The notes beneath the pieces were generated by a model. It searched no databases, was not told where the DNA came from, and was given only the letters and a program-made list of their open reading frames with translations. A program made the position numbers and the translations under genes. A DNA stretch of 63,784 nt, filler included, from Choristocarpus tenellus KU-1152 (Eukaryota; Protista; Phaeophyceae): NCBI GenBank assembly GCA_964200185.2. It is 12 parts of 12 records of this genome, joined end to end, with 100 filler letters (N's around TTAATTAATTAA, not from the genome) between each part and the next. Parts side by side here need not be neighbours in the genome. Positions count along the whole stretch, not along the records: positions 22,988 to 28,522 come from CAXNAD020010492.1; positions 28,623 to 31,753 come from CAXNAD020022104.1; positions 31,854 to 40,571 come from CAXNAD020004409.1; positions 40,672 to 46,480 come from CAXNAD020009702.1; 8 more parts are not named here. One strand, given 5' to 3'. Below are positions 27,270-40,811 of this stretch, in pieces (positions within the stretch are counted from its first letter, which is position 1; each line of letters begins with the position of its first letter).

Positions 27270-27529
27270 GAGCCAAATCAATTGAGAGGTAGGTACGTAT
27301 GGACCCTTCTGCATCCAAAGCTATCTTTCTTACCCTGTGCAATACTCTATTGCATTGCTTTAGATGCACAATAGTGTACGTCAAGTTTATGTTCCCCCTG
27401 TTCGCACACAAAGTGACACCACAATCAAGCAAAAACACTTTCTCCAATTGTACAAATTAGTGTCTTTTGGTCCTTTCTTGGGATCCTTAAAATGCAACTC
27501 TGCCTTCCTACCTCTTAATTGGTTGACTC
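27270..27529 (-). mobile_element. MITE-like family D copy (260 bp)
   Basis: TIRs gagccaaatcaattgagaggtagg...cctacctcttaattggttgactc; flanks ccat/cgat; inverted homologue at 42195-42437. Confidence 0.75.
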
Positions 27530-28729
27530 CGATACGGAAGTACACTATGACATTTTCTACACTCAAAAGCATAACCGAATCACATGATGCGAAAGTAGTT
27601 GAGGCCAGCATCATCCGGTGGTAGGCGACTAAGAGTCGTGGTTGACTCACACGAAATGAGTGAGGTCAGAATAACCAGGTTAGGGGGCACGACATCACCC
27701 TGGGCACCACACCCTATATCTTCACGCTCATCAATATTGTTCCCCACTCAACGGTGCATGGAATATTTACGACTTTCTGCTGAAAAAACAAGGACTGTCG
27801 CGATCTTGGTTACCAGACGAGAGAGCAATGTTGACGAGATGAAGGGCAAGAGAAACCCCAAAACAAGCCACAATGCTAAGATGTAGCCGATTGAAGTCAT
27901 TAGTTGCTCCATGATGATATGTGAAGTTCCGGCCAACGGTACCAGCTGTATTGCATTGTGATGTCTACAGGCTCCCCTCCCAAACACGGTGTGACCTCCA
28001 GTCGTAAAATAATGTTTTTGACAATTGAGTAAACACGATGCGACACTATGTTCCTCCAGCTGTTACCAACGCCTTCCTGCTCACCAAGTTCTCCGCATTA
28101 TTCAACTTTAACTCCATGTGCATATTTCTTCGCCGCCCCCCTTGTGGTGTTTGTGTGAGGCCAAAGGGTATTATGTGGGAATTTCCATTGTAGACCTTGT
28201 GTTTAATAGGCAAACGAGCAGATTTCGGTAAACACAACGTGTGGGGAAGGACAAACCTTTGCACAGGTGCATCAAGGAGTGGAGCATGAGAATGATCAAT
28301 AACAAAAGTAAAGGCGAGACAACCACAGTTGGGCAAGTTCAATTTTTGTTATTGTTGCTGTTTCTATATCAATTAGTGTATAATATAAAGGGGGCAAGCA
28401 CTCAAAAACGTGGTGCCATCTCTCCCTCTGTTAATCCACCATGATCCTGGGCATATCTTTCAATAAGGAGGAGGCAGGGATACTAGAGACCTAAAGTATC
28501 TGGAGGGGGGGGGGATCTACACNNNNNNNNNNNNNNNNNNNNNNNNNNNNNNNNNNNNNNNNNNNNTTAATTAATTAANNNNNNNNNNNNNNNNNNNNNN
28601 NNNNNNNNNNNNNNNNNNNNNNACCCACACAAGCCCTCCCCCCCCCAAAAAAAAAAAAAATGACAGGAAAGAAAAAAAGAAGAAAACAGCAAAAAAATAA
28701 ATCACAGTCAGAAAAGGTCTCTTTTTCAC

Positions 28730-28809
28730 CTTGAGCTCACTGAGAGCAGGGTCATCTGGGGCGCACAGAACCAGAGTGCTAATAGGCTGCATCCGTTTGG
28801 TGACAGTCC
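28730..28809 (-). CDS. Probable exon of an unidentified gene (TVTKRMQPISTLVLCAPDDPALSELK)
   Basis: ctag| acceptor and AAG|gtgaaa donor around an open, protein-like frame; rest of gene beyond the linker. Confidence 0.4.
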
Positions 28810-29858
28810 CTAGATTAATCCTGACAAAAGGTGGAAGGAATAACGCAGAATACATTGAATACACGAAGTGTGGGATATATGAAGATGAAAAGTCTCGTGG
28901 AAGAAGTTAGAATTAAGCATTCCCCAGTGTACACTTGGCAGGCTTATGGCTATTGACTGCATCGCGTCGAAAATACCGTTTAGGAAACTGTTACATTTTC
29001 TTTTTACATTTTCCCTCTTTTCTTTGTTTGTAGGCACAAAAACAATGAGTTGATACGCTATTTTTTCCCCTAGGCCTGATACCAACAGGGAGGAAAAAGA
29101 CTTAGGATGCGACTTTGCTCGGGCAAGTATTGATTGAAGGCAGTCTTTGTGGTGAAGTCTATGTTGTATGTTGGTCTACATGGACAGGGAAATATTGAAT
29201 GAGTCCGTTTTCATTCATGGTGTGAAGGAAGCGTTGGCCAAATCCATTACCTACTCCGTATTCCACACATTCTACCTCTTTCTGCTACACTGTATCCTTG
29301 TCCGCCATTGAGTACCCACCTCTGCCCCAGTCTCCTCAAAGTCTCAATCCCACAAGCCTCCACTACAATATGCTTGCGTCCATTCACCATTCTGCTCTGC
29401 ACCACTCCAGCTGCCCCAAGATCTTCCTTCCTTATCCTTACCTTCCCACCCTTCGGTCCACTTCTTGCTCTGACATTATTGCCTGTCTCATGTTGGCCGC
29501 AACCTACACAAGAGTCGCTCATCCAAGCCCCAACTACTTGTGCTCCAGTGATCTGTTACACCAAGGGACATATGACACAAGGGTGTTGTAGGGTTAGAGG
29601 AATTCCCAGAGGTGACATATGCAGCATGTTAAATCATTGAGATACACCAATACTCCACTAGCAAAGACAATCAGCTATCTGCCCCAGTGGTATCTCAACG
29701 ATTTAACACAGACTGTTTTGCACATTGCAAATCCATATACCTGGGTAGAGTACCAGAAGACTGCAAGCTCTCTAGGGCAGTTTCGTTCATTTATGTGCAT
29801 TGATATGCGGTACATCTTTAGAGGACAGAAACACGAAATTTGGATGCAACACGGGGGA

Positions 29859-31161
29859 TCATCTTCTGCTGCCCCCTGAGTAATTGATATTGTAGGCCTC
29901 CTTGGGTAACAAAATGCCTAGTTCTTCCCATCTTTGCCTGACCCTGAGCCGAACGTTCAATCCCTCATTCGGCATCGCTCCCTAATCACAAAACACATTT
30001 CCAGTTTGGACCATGTAAATTGCACCCTCGGCCCCATATATACCCTCATCTTCTACTTGTGCCCCTATCCTGTCAAATTCTAATTATCATTGCGCTTTCT
30101 GAGACTAAACCATGCCCGCTGGGTCAGTTTGCACCAAGTATTCCAGAATACTATGTAGTACCTGCTGGATAGCACCAATATTACGCAGTGAGAGACGCTC
30201 CAGTGGCAGCACTCCCCTTTCTGATAGGCGCTTCTGAAGGTGGGGGTGGATCAGTCTCTGACATCCAACCACGCCTACCCCTAGGTCAAGTATATCATTA
30301 CCCAGAGCATCTAGCTCCTGCAGCTCTCTCTCACGTGCAGTCCACTCAACCTCGGCCCCACTGACATCTGTTCTAGGTGGGGAGAAAAGGCAACTGTAGT
30401 TAGACAAATTGAGGCATGGGGGTCTCAGTTGTGGGCCTTATGCTTACACTTTTGTGTGGATAAAGGCATTAGCATGAAAGAGGGTGGGTAAAGTAATGTC
30501 TTGGTGTACAAGCACGAGTCAGTAATACATACGTACAAAGCAGTTGATACAACGAGGAGTACTGATGTCATGTCAGAACCATAGGATGTGTCAGGCGCCA
30601 TGCCAACAAGGTAATCACATACTCCTTGTATTCTGAGGGAGGAGGACAACCGCAGTTTGGGATAATAATCCAGTCAGTGTGTATTTGTGTATGTCTGTTA
30701 ACAACCCTAGAAGTGTGTGAGGCGATGGTCCTCCATCAAGGGCGGGGCAAGTGAATGGAATGTTGAGGAATGGGGATGAAGATATTAGGTAGGGGGTTGG
30801 TTGTCTGCACAAGGCTCATTGTAAGGTAGGGAGAGAGCAAACATGCCCATGAGTACAGCACAGCCACATGTATGCCTACCCTGAGCTATGTGTGACTAAA
30901 CGATTCGCAAACCTTGTGGGAATAACCTCTGTGTTTACACCCATTGACACCTATATGCTGACTGTGATTGCCCCACAAGTGCAACAAGACATGCACAGCC
31001 ATTCAAACCAAACAATAATCAATCCTTAGACCTTTCTACCTATGGGCCTGCTGTCCTGTAATATTTTCGAGCTTGGTATCAATGTCAAAGAAAAAATCTT
31101 GGTCCTTCAAGACAGACACTCCTCGGTCACTATTGTCTGATTTGCAGCAGGGCCTTTCGCC
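29859..31161 (-). CDS. Unknown protein, last four exons
   Basis: Exons 31161-31040, 30632-30537, 30372-30162 and 29981-29859 splice with matching phases: GERPCCKSD...AHR-IQGVCDYLVG...STAL-TDVSGAEVEW...GAIQQ-GAMPNEGLNVRLRVRQRWEELGILLPKEAYNINYSGGSRR*. Confidence 0.7.
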
Positions 31162-31899
31162 CTACAAGAATGTTGTTCGTTCAACTGTTCTCAAAGTCAA
31201 ACTTGTCTCGACCAATACATTACCATCCTCCAAACAGTAGTTTTGGCGTTAATTTGGTCATGCTATCAACAACAACTTTGGACGAGATTCTCCTCCTTGC
31301 AGCGCTGAAAATCTGTTGATGTGCTCTGTTTAGATTTCTCATTTTTCCTTGGGGTGATACTCTAACTAATGCCTTTCTGCAACATTGCAATAAAGGCTAC
31401 CTGTTGCTCTGTCAACATAATGTCCATACTATCAAGTATTAAAAGGAGTTTCCTCCTTCATTCGCAATCATCTCCTACTCAGCTGGATCTCCAACTCAGT
31501 CAGTTTGAAATATTATGGGGGAAGGGGCGGAGGCAGGAGCAATGTCCTCAAAAGCCAAGGTAACCTAATGATATCTGGGTTTCGGGTTTCGCAGAACCAC
31601 TGACTGTAGTGGAGTTGATTTTCTTTCAGATAAATGGTATAGTTATCCCCAACCTAACCCCCAGCATGAGCACTCTCAAGCACACAGGCACACCCACTGT
31701 ATGTATTGAATGCCACTACTTGCACCACAACATAGGCATGCACAAAGCTCAATNNNNNNNNNNNNNNNNNNNNNNNNNNNNNNNNNNNNNNNNNNNNTTA
31801 ATTAATTAANNNNNNNNNNNNNNNNNNNNNNNNNNNNNNNNNNNNNNNNNNNNACGTTCGGTGTCAGCTTGATGTTGAGCTCAGTCAATGTCTCACTTC

Positions 31900-34200
31900 T
31901 CGCTTTATCAAAAGAGGTACATCAAAAAGGAACGCCTGTAACACCACTACACGTCGTGAGTCCTGAATACGCCCAATTATTACAGCATGGGAAGAATGAG
32001 GGGATCGGGGTTCGGACGTAGCAAAAAAGAATTGAGCCCATTACGGTCAGGATGAGGTGCTACTCAATTATCGGGAATTGGTGGTGATGGAGATACACTA
32101 TAGTGGTGTACACCCCACTACCAACATCACCAATATGCGCAGACATCCCACAGAGGTGGCTCCTCTCTTTGGTCGTTAGGTATTTTTCGCACTTGATGTC
32201 TACAGATGCCTTGGACTGTACACTGTCCCTTACCAAGGGAAAGACTTCCAGCACTACTCAGTTAGGCTGGGCCAGGAATCGCCTCCATCTCCAGCATAAA
32301 GCTGTCACAGCCGCTGTTATTGTGCGGTGGATGTTACCGCTATTCAATCTGGACGCCGAACACCCACTTCCAGTGAGTGGATTCTTCTCTTGCCCTTGTC
32401 TTCCGCGTGGAAGGCTGTTTGCCCTGGTACAAGGGTAATTTGACTCTATAGTGAAAGGACATGACCCATTGTTCTCTCACATTAGGGAAATGCTGATAAC
32501 GCCCTGAGAAGAGGCCTGTTATTTGAGAAAAAATGAGTAAATTTTATCTCAGAAGAACCTTGTTCCTTGAGGATTGAAAAGGCTACCACCTAAAGTCTCG
32601 CGGACTCTTAGAAGAGTCTTCTTCCTTTTCCAAGGTCCTGTACCAGAATCACTTACCTAGTCGACTTGTGCTGAAGGTCCCCGTGGCTTCTCTAGCCAAG
32701 TAAATTAGTGTTTTTATTACCCATGAAGATTGTACCTGAGCCAATCATAGTAGTTATACTGAGAGAATCTGTCCTATCACGTATTTGATAAGGTCGCTAT
32801 ATTTCTTCTCTCTCTCTTCTGTTTTTGTTGCCAACAACGGGGAGTGCAATATTTACTGTTGTGACGTTATAGAAAATCCGTGTATCAAGTTGCAGAGGTC
32901 TGATGATTTTTTTTGCTTTTCAATTCTATATGTTGTGATCTCTTGCACCATTAACAGTACTATGATTACGTTTCCTCTTCAAAGGTTTCAGGGACCTCGT
33001 CAGTCCACCATTTTGAAGATAATAGTCAGACTTGGGATTCCATCGTATCTATTGATCCAAAGTGGTCCTGAAGGCCAAGGACCTGGGACTGGTGATCACT
33101 GGCTCAGATAAAACCGAGTCAAGTTCAGCCTCCTAGCACTGTCTGGGCGTGCCGTTCTTCAGTCAAATTACACTATCAAAGATTTTTATTCAAGGAAGCA
33201 GTAAACCTTCCCTAAAACATAAAATCCTGTCAGATAAAGTTGTGATGCTTAGCATTTTCGGCACTTCATGGAGGTTCTTCTTGTGTGACCCCTGTGTACC
33301 CAGTACATGTTCTTCCTCTCACGATTTACGACTCCTGCCTTACCATTATGTTTTGAATCTTTGCCAGCAATGAGCAACCCTGATTCCGAACTTGAAGGCA
33401 TGGCACAGGTCCTTCAGGATGAGTTGGGAATTCTCATCACAGTCTTGTCCATTCAAAGCGGCAACGTGCACCTTCCGTCTAAGGAGGAAGATATTAGGGC
33501 ATTCCGCAGTCTTGGTTTCTAGATAGGGATTGTCACGAATGCTCGCCGCATTTTGCAACACTGACAATAGACCGGTTTGTGAATTCCACTTGCTGCGCTG
33601 GACTTACTCCCACATACTTAAGTTGCCTTCGTCTTTTCCAGGCATATTGGATCTTTCAACTATTCTTCTTCCAGTGTTTGTACCTAATATGATACCCCTG
33701 TCGATCCTCGTCACGCCTTGAAAATTCGATGGATATTGATAGAAATTCTCTGACTCCGTTAGTACGCTGGGTCAAGAATTCTCTTTTTGTCAATACACCG
33801 GATGAAAATATATTTTTCTCAACGCAACTCATAGTTGGTCTGATCAAACCAGGGACTGAATCTCCACAAAATCCCTGTCCTATAACGTCCGAAACCTAAT
33901 TCAAGAATTGTTAATCTCGCTTGCTTGTAGTGGTGTGAGATGTGGCTCCTTACCACAGTAGGGTCGATGAACTTGGTATAATTTTCTCCTCCAAATTGAA
34001 GAGTTGGTCTCAGATCAGAGAAGATGCGAGAATATATTCCACCACCAGACAATCTCCCACCTTTTTCGTCCTATAAGATAACCTCTTACCCTCAAACAAA
34101 ACATTTGCATTAAAAATGGTAATGTTTGATGTTGCACCGTAATGGTGATTCACCCCAAAATACAATTGTCCCCACCATTGCCACTGGAAGCAGTTAATGG
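31900..34200 (-). mobile_element. Possible heavily decayed LTR-retrotransposon (Ty3/gypsy-like pol) remnant
   Basis: Coding-like composition with many stops and no splice structure; weak RNase H-like fragments (FLAQPN..., KCEKYLTTKERSHL). Weak inference. Confidence 0.25.
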
Positions 34201-35194
34201 AGAACATTCCTACCATTTTGCTTTCCTCACGAATTCTGGATTATTAATATCATTCTTATTTATTCTATGTTTCCATTCCACCCATTCTACTCCTCCCCAC
34301 TGTACCACTTCTTCTAACCAACCAGTGCGAACCCCCTTCGCGACTGATTTCCAGTCACCAACCCCATCTGATGACAAACCAGTGTGACCCCTTCGCCACT
34401 GATTCCCAGTCACCACCATTTTCCACTCCATCCCGCCCTTCAACATTACCCAAACCAACACCGCTCACCACTCCACCTCACCATTCAAGAATACTCTCCC
34501 CCACAACACTTTCCACCACTTTCCGTTTCCCCACACCATTCAACACCACCTAACCCCCCAACACTTTCCAACACTTTCCACTCCCTCACACCACACTCAA
34601 CACCACTCCACAATCATCCAAGAACACCCCGTCATCATCCACTTTATACCTTGCCTTTGAACTAGAAGACATCTACCCCGCTCAAGCTTGACTTCCCCCC
34701 CCAATTCCCCAGCATCCCAGTTGGTCGTGAGCAATCGAAAGGGTGGGTGGGAGGGAGAGATCGATCAGAGATTGTCTTGTTCTAGCCCTTCTTGTCACAT
34801 ACCACCAGCCTCAGGTTTTTCCTTAAGTTCTGACCACTTCTTCCTACCTCGTGCTTCCATCTATCACACATTTCTTTGAACTTCTCTCTTACCTTCTCTG
34901 ACTCCTACTACCCATTCAGTACTCAACTCTTCGTCCACCCTGGTCAAAAATGGACGCCGGCACCCCCCCCCCCCCCACCCCCCCCCCCCCCCGTTCCTCA
35001 CAGCTACTTCACCCTCCTCAATACCATTGTCTCCCGCTCCACNNNNNNNNCCCCCCCCAAATACTTTGACCCCCCTTTGAAATATTTTTTTTAAAACCCT
35101 AGTCAACCCTCTCTTCCCTGTACGTCATTCCTACCAGAATTCTCCTGTCCAAAAAACTCAGATTACTTCATAAACTTCCCCCTTTTCGACAGCG

Positions 35195-35310
35195 TGATAG
35201 TCATATTTCAACCAAGGTATACCTTTAAGATGACCCCCACCTCGAGGATGCACTTCAAGGTCTATTGCTCATACGACATCTGCTTTGCATGTTGAAAGTA
35301 ATATTTGCTT
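35195..35310 (+). repeat. Dispersed repeat G, homologous to ~43862-43978
   Basis: gtgatagtcatatttcaaccaaggtatacctttaagatg...gtctattgctcatac vs gtgatagccaccttccgaccaaggtatacctttaaaatg...gtctgttgcctcatac. Confidence 0.65.
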
Positions 35311-36689
35311 CAAGAAAAAACAGGTGGTTTGAGGGGACCTCGCAAACCCCCCTCATTCACTTTTTTGCTTGTCCACCCTTTCCTGAGTGATCTTGGAAGG
35401 GATTGCTCAACCTGCCGTAGTTGTCGTTCATGTAAACATCAACTCTCTCTCAATATGTAACGAGTTGACAACCCGACCAAAAATGATCCATGCCTCCTCT
35501 CATAAACCATATCTTAAAACTACTTGAGTTGAGCGGTTCAAACAGAATGAGAGCAGAACACTACCTTTTGCTTTTCGCATCACGCCATCAAAGCCACTAC
35601 TGTTCAAACTGGATTCAACGATGTAACCTGTGTCGAACTTCTGGAGTGTGTGATTTATCACAAATACTATTGCGATCAACCTGTGCACCCCGCAACTCCT
35701 TCTGTACGATTTTCCACAGCTAGTTACTACGGTGAAAGAATGCCAAGTTTAACACTGACCCTGCAATTATCAATAATACATACAAGGATAGCTACCACGC
35801 GTTTCAGGTGTTCTACAAATTTGTTACCACAACACCTTCATTCACCTGATCAAATTTGTCTAACCAAAATTTCAACCTGCTTTTAAGAGCACATTTGGCC
35901 CTGTGGAATGACTTAGGTTGTAGTACCCAACCGATTGTTTGAAAATACACCTCTAACGCAAAAGACATGCAAACTAAGTAAATAACTCACCACCATTGGT
36001 ATCCCAACAATGACAACAATTTCGACCCGTTAATTATAGTCTTCCTCACCCCCTCACTCCACCATACTTCCTACTACTACTACTCACAACAACAAAGGAT
36101 ATATATATATATACCCAACAATTTTAATGTATGGTCTAATTTGGATATAGTACGGGACGATCAAAGCAATAACCAGAAAATAGATAGGAGTTGTTGTGTT
36201 TATCTCTGATTTTTTGATGCTATGGAGATGAAACCCCATCCATCTGTCTTACCCATCTCTAGTTTTACTTTCATTAACAAAAGAACTTGTCTTTAAAAGA
36301 AACCTAGATACAGTGGGTAGGATAGTTTGTTTGGAGTTTCCACCTCAAAAACTCAAACACCCATACATGAGAAAGTTAACACTTTGGTGTTCATCATCTG
36401 AATTTTCAGATCAAATGACAGAACAACAACATAGACAAACCACCTTTTACTACTGTTCTAAGTGTTCATTGTCGTTGGTTATCTCGGTATCATTTTACAA
36501 AGTCAGTCATTAACAAAAAAAAATGATACCATCAAATATAGAACAGTATGTGGGGAGATGGAAACGGAGTATTCCAGAATTTTATCATTTTAGGTAGTGA
36601 CCAGTATGACGCTATGGATTTACCTCAATTAGGACAAGAAATCGCAATATTTAATATATATATATATACTATAACTAAATTTTATTATT

Positions 36690-36870
36690 ATGACCTCTGA
36701 TATTTTGTAGATGTATCAGTGGGGAAACAAATATCCTTTCACATCATTCAGATGAGTTAGGGGAAAACCAATGATTCAATATCAGAACTACCGCAAAAAA
36801 CGAATGTAATATATGTATTACTATATGTTATGACTTTGATATTTTGGAGATGTGTGAGGGAAGAAAATCA
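36690..36870 (+). repeat. Short dispersed motif E (~45 bp), clustered copies
   Basis: Consensus atgccctctgacattttgcagatgtgtcagggggaaaccaat; copies at ~36690, 36830, 42594 (+) and 42852, 52671, 52790 (-). Confidence 0.7.
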
Positions 36871-37709
36871 TATATTGTTGTCTCTTTCCCCACACTCTCA
36901 CAAATAGAAAGGACTATAATCGATCTCTTTTATTACTATGACTAATCTATCACATTAATAACTATTTGATTGTGGGTAATTGAAATTTGAATCATATTGT
37001 TGTAAAATAGGGAACAACAAGAACCAAGAAACATATCTTATGGAAGTGTAATATTGTAGAACTATAATCATATAATAAAATAAAAGCCTTCTTGATATGA
37101 GGAAATATCATAACATTTATAGTTTTTCTCAAATATATTTGATGCATTGATTGATGGGTTGAAGACGTTAGATAGTAGAATTAAATATTGGATCATAATT
37201 CCTTATAGATTACAAGAATATTCTAATCGCTATTTGTGGTCAATATAATCAGTGAAATGTGTAGAACATATTATTGAGAATTTGTATGATCAAATTTTAT
37301 TGGTTCTCCTCTCCGGACCTTTTTAAGTAATCACATTTGTATCGTTGATAATATATTAACATTATAATCTAATACTAATAAATCATAGAGTTTTTGTGAG
37401 AACTCCCTCACAGATAATTTTTCCGATGGTATACGGTACAATTACCTGAGAGAGGAATGGCATGGAATTGGAAGAGCCGTTGGTTTTTTCAATAAGAGAT
37501 GAGGGAACACTTGACCAAGAGGTCGTCTCTGCAATGTGTATGGATTCTACCTCCAACCCTCTTTCCGTTCTGCCTTAGCTCTTGACACACAAGAGCCCTT
37601 GAAGTGACCTTCTGGTCGACGGACGCCACTCACAGAACCGGTAAGCAGTGAGGGAGAAAGGTTCCATACCCCCCTCCTGTTGACCGTCCATGAGGTGTTG
37701 TCCCCACGA

Positions 37710-40111
37710 ATGGGCCTAAGCAAGGGAGAGAGTCGTAGAACAGAGACCATGCCGAGTTTCATCAAGATGTTCACTGCACAGCAGAGCAGCAAGCTAAACA
37801 ATACGCACCAAGGCAACCAAAGACCCCCCAAGTCATCGGATCGTACTGATTTTTCTAAAGATCCTCTCGCCCGTGCCCGGAACGAGCTCCCAGGGAGGTG
37901 AGAGGCCACGGCCTGCTCGACCTATCCTCCCTGAAATCATCTACCTATCGCCGTCATAATCAACATTTTGTGATGTGATCAATTTAACATGACCTCCTAC
38001 CCTCCCGAAACTCTCATCAGGAGAACCCCCGAAGCGGCTCGTTCCCTCGAACGTGCACCTTTTCACGCCCAGTCACAGACGGACCTCGTCGGCTACATAG
38101 AAGACACCGGAGGACGTGAAACAGATAATATGCCAAAGCAGGTGAGCGGCGGGGCTAGAATGTAACGTGAGATATGAACACGCCAACTTTGTGCGTGCCT
38201 GCTGCCTACAGCTTTTATGGTCCCTTGTCGTTGTCTCGAAGCCGTTGAGCTTGAGGGAAGACCAGTGACAGGTAGAATGCTAGCTGTCACACATTTCAAC
38301 TTCCTCCCCAGTTCCTGCACATCACTCGTTCGATACATAGTCACGCACTTTGTAGTACTGCACTAACTGAATGCTGATTTCCACCTGCGTCGCCTGGCTG
38401 GCCTCAGTCATCTCATCTTCAGTCATCTCATTTCCAGCCATCTTCTCTTCATAAAGACGTGAACGTACGAAAGGACGTCGCTATGCCACAGAAGGAGAAA
38501 GATCCTGGACTTGACGATGGGCTGGACATTTTGAGGCAAACGCCGGAAAACACGATAGGTCGAACTCTGGTGGTCTCGGGCGAAGTACGTTTCGATAATC
38601 TTCTTCGAATTGATGGTGTTTTCGAGGTGGGTGGGTAGCTTCGCCTGATTTGGGAATATGAGTTCCAGCATTCCAAGGGCTATATCGCCCAGCTAGACAT
38701 CTCCATGTGTATTCACATGATTGTTCAGTGGTTCGAATTTAGAAGCTTAAGGTGATACCTATGTGTGGAGTTCGTTCTCTCATTTCTGATGGTATCTCAT
38801 TTCGTTCTGATAGCCAAGGTAAGCTGCTGCACAAGTGGTTTCGACTGTGACACCAACAAATATGTTGATACTGGTGTGACATGAGCGGAGAAGAAATGAC
38901 TGTCTCAGATATCTTTTTCAGTGATTCTCTCTCATATCAATGATATATATAAACAAAGCTTGCAGTATCACCTACACCCTCGTTTTATCGTTTCAAACAG
39001 TGACCGAAAGGGGTGATTGTGCTGAGCTATCTTTGACAGCGTCTTTCACTCCGACTTACTTCTGCTGCCATCCATTTCCCAGAAATCTGTTGAACCTTTT
39101 TGATTTTGTGTTGTGATCAAGATTGAATCTTCGCATCTATTACTCAGTTCATGATAAACACAACACGGTTGATCCTTCAGACTGGATGAACACCTGCAAT
39201 TATCTAGCACTGGAAAACATTTGCTAGATCATTTTCGGAGAGAACATCTGAACGTGTCGACGTTGCTTTTGAACTTACATTCGGCTTACATGTGGTTGCA
39301 CGGTAAATCATGTGGTTACGCGGTAAATCAAATGCTCGAGGCCACATCAAAACTAGATCCAGCTTGTGAATGGAAATGATACAGTGAAAAAGTCCTGTGC
39401 CTCTACTTTTTTGGTTCAAAAATAACAAAAAACGCCGAGCACAAAGTGTATGCCATCGCAACAATTGTTTTTGATTCACACGAAATACACGGGAACACTA
39501 AAAAGTCCGTATTACTGTTGAGGTGCGACACAAGGCACATACACGTCCCGTTGTAATTTTTTTGTGGATGGTCTGTGGGCTCGATATTCTTCTACGGCCC
39601 CCTGTTGTTCCTCTCTGTTCCTCACGTCTCCCGCCAACTGTATATAGTGAATAAATAGTGCTAACTGCCCCTTTTGTCTATTGCGATTGCCTTGACAAAC
39701 CTTTGTTCACGCCTGTTGTAAATTAGTTTCCCTTGCGACCTTGACGGTTTTCCCCTCGATTACTTTTTTCTTTGTAGTGTGTAGATTGTGCTCTTAGCTT
39801 AGAGTAGTGTTCAATGGGGTGCTTGTTGATGTGGTGAATGTGCAATGGGCGTCTTTTGAGAGAGATTGTGCTGCCGGTGATTGATTGGAGTGCTTTTATG
39901 GTGGGGTTTTGTGTATATTTATTTTATTGTACATGTATTTTATATGCATGCCATTTGAGAAACCGTTCTTTTCCACTGTTCTCTACGCTGGTACTTCATC
40001 GCGATAAAAAAATATTGTTCTTTTTTTCAGGGTGAGCTTATTGGTGTTGGCAGCAACCTGATCATTGGTCCAACTGCAAAGGTGACCAGCAATCTTACAG
40101 GGCTTGAAGAG
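37710..40111 (+). CDS. Bactofilin-domain (polymer-forming cytoskeletal, DUF583/CcmA-like) protein, first four exons
   Basis: Exons 37710 (or 37749)-37897, 38021-38141, 38438-38626 and 40031-40111, GT-AG and in phase. Spliced product includes ENTIGRTLVVSGEVRFDNLLRIDGVFE|GELIGVGSNLIIGPTAKVTSNLTGLEE, matching the bactofilin beta-helix pattern. Confidence 0.85.
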
Positions 40112-40671
40112 GTAAGGTGTACTGGATTTTGGATAAAAATCAATCGACGCGGGGATTGTTACGTTCCAGTCATTGCTGCATTGATAGACATCACCAGGTT
40201 TTCTTGGAGATTACATTAATAGACATGAATCAGTGTTGAAACATTCGAGATATCTGTGACTGTGTGTGTGTGTGTGTAGTGTGTGTGTGTTACACATTTT
40301 TTTTTTATGGGCACAACTTGCGGGACAGAATTCATTTAAAAAATATATTTGGGTGGGATCAACTTCGATGAAAAAAATATTTTTTCTAGATTTTGTGCTC
40401 AACAGAAAACATCTATTGCTCCCCATTCATTGTAGAAATCACAACGAACCCTTTCCTCTGTTGCAGCTTCATCTATAACCTGTTTTATCATCCCAACCGA
40501 ACCTTACGTGATCATGAAGCCCTGCATCCTTTTTTTTTCTTATGTGTCAATGTACACAACCCCCCCCCTGCNNNNNNNNNNNNNNNNNNNNNNNNNNNNN
40601 NNNNNNNNNNNNNNNTTAATTAATTAANNNNNNNNNNNNNNNNNNNNNNNNNNNNNNNNNNNNNNNNNNNN

Positions 40672-40811
40672 GACACACCTTTAAATAACATACACATTTT
40701 ACCCACTCCGATACATTTTGGAGAAGGAAAATGTTATACAAAGCCCATGGGAAGCCAAGCCCCAAATGGACAAACATGGCAAAACTCGTACCTTCTAAGA
40801 TACTTTCACTC
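40672..40811 (+). mobile_element. Family B right half at contig start
   Basis: ...aagccccaaatggacaaacatggcaaaactcgtaccttctaagatactttcactc. Confidence 0.8.

Noticed and set aside
26937-27915. Hydrophobic minus-strand segments loosely resembling TMEM33/Pom33
   Set aside because: No phase-consistent exon chain with good splice sites; similarity too weak.
5516-40111. Functional cluster of RTCB, kinase fusion, LHCR and bactofilin
   Set aside because: Each gene lies on a different contig separated by artificial linkers, so co-location is not evidence.
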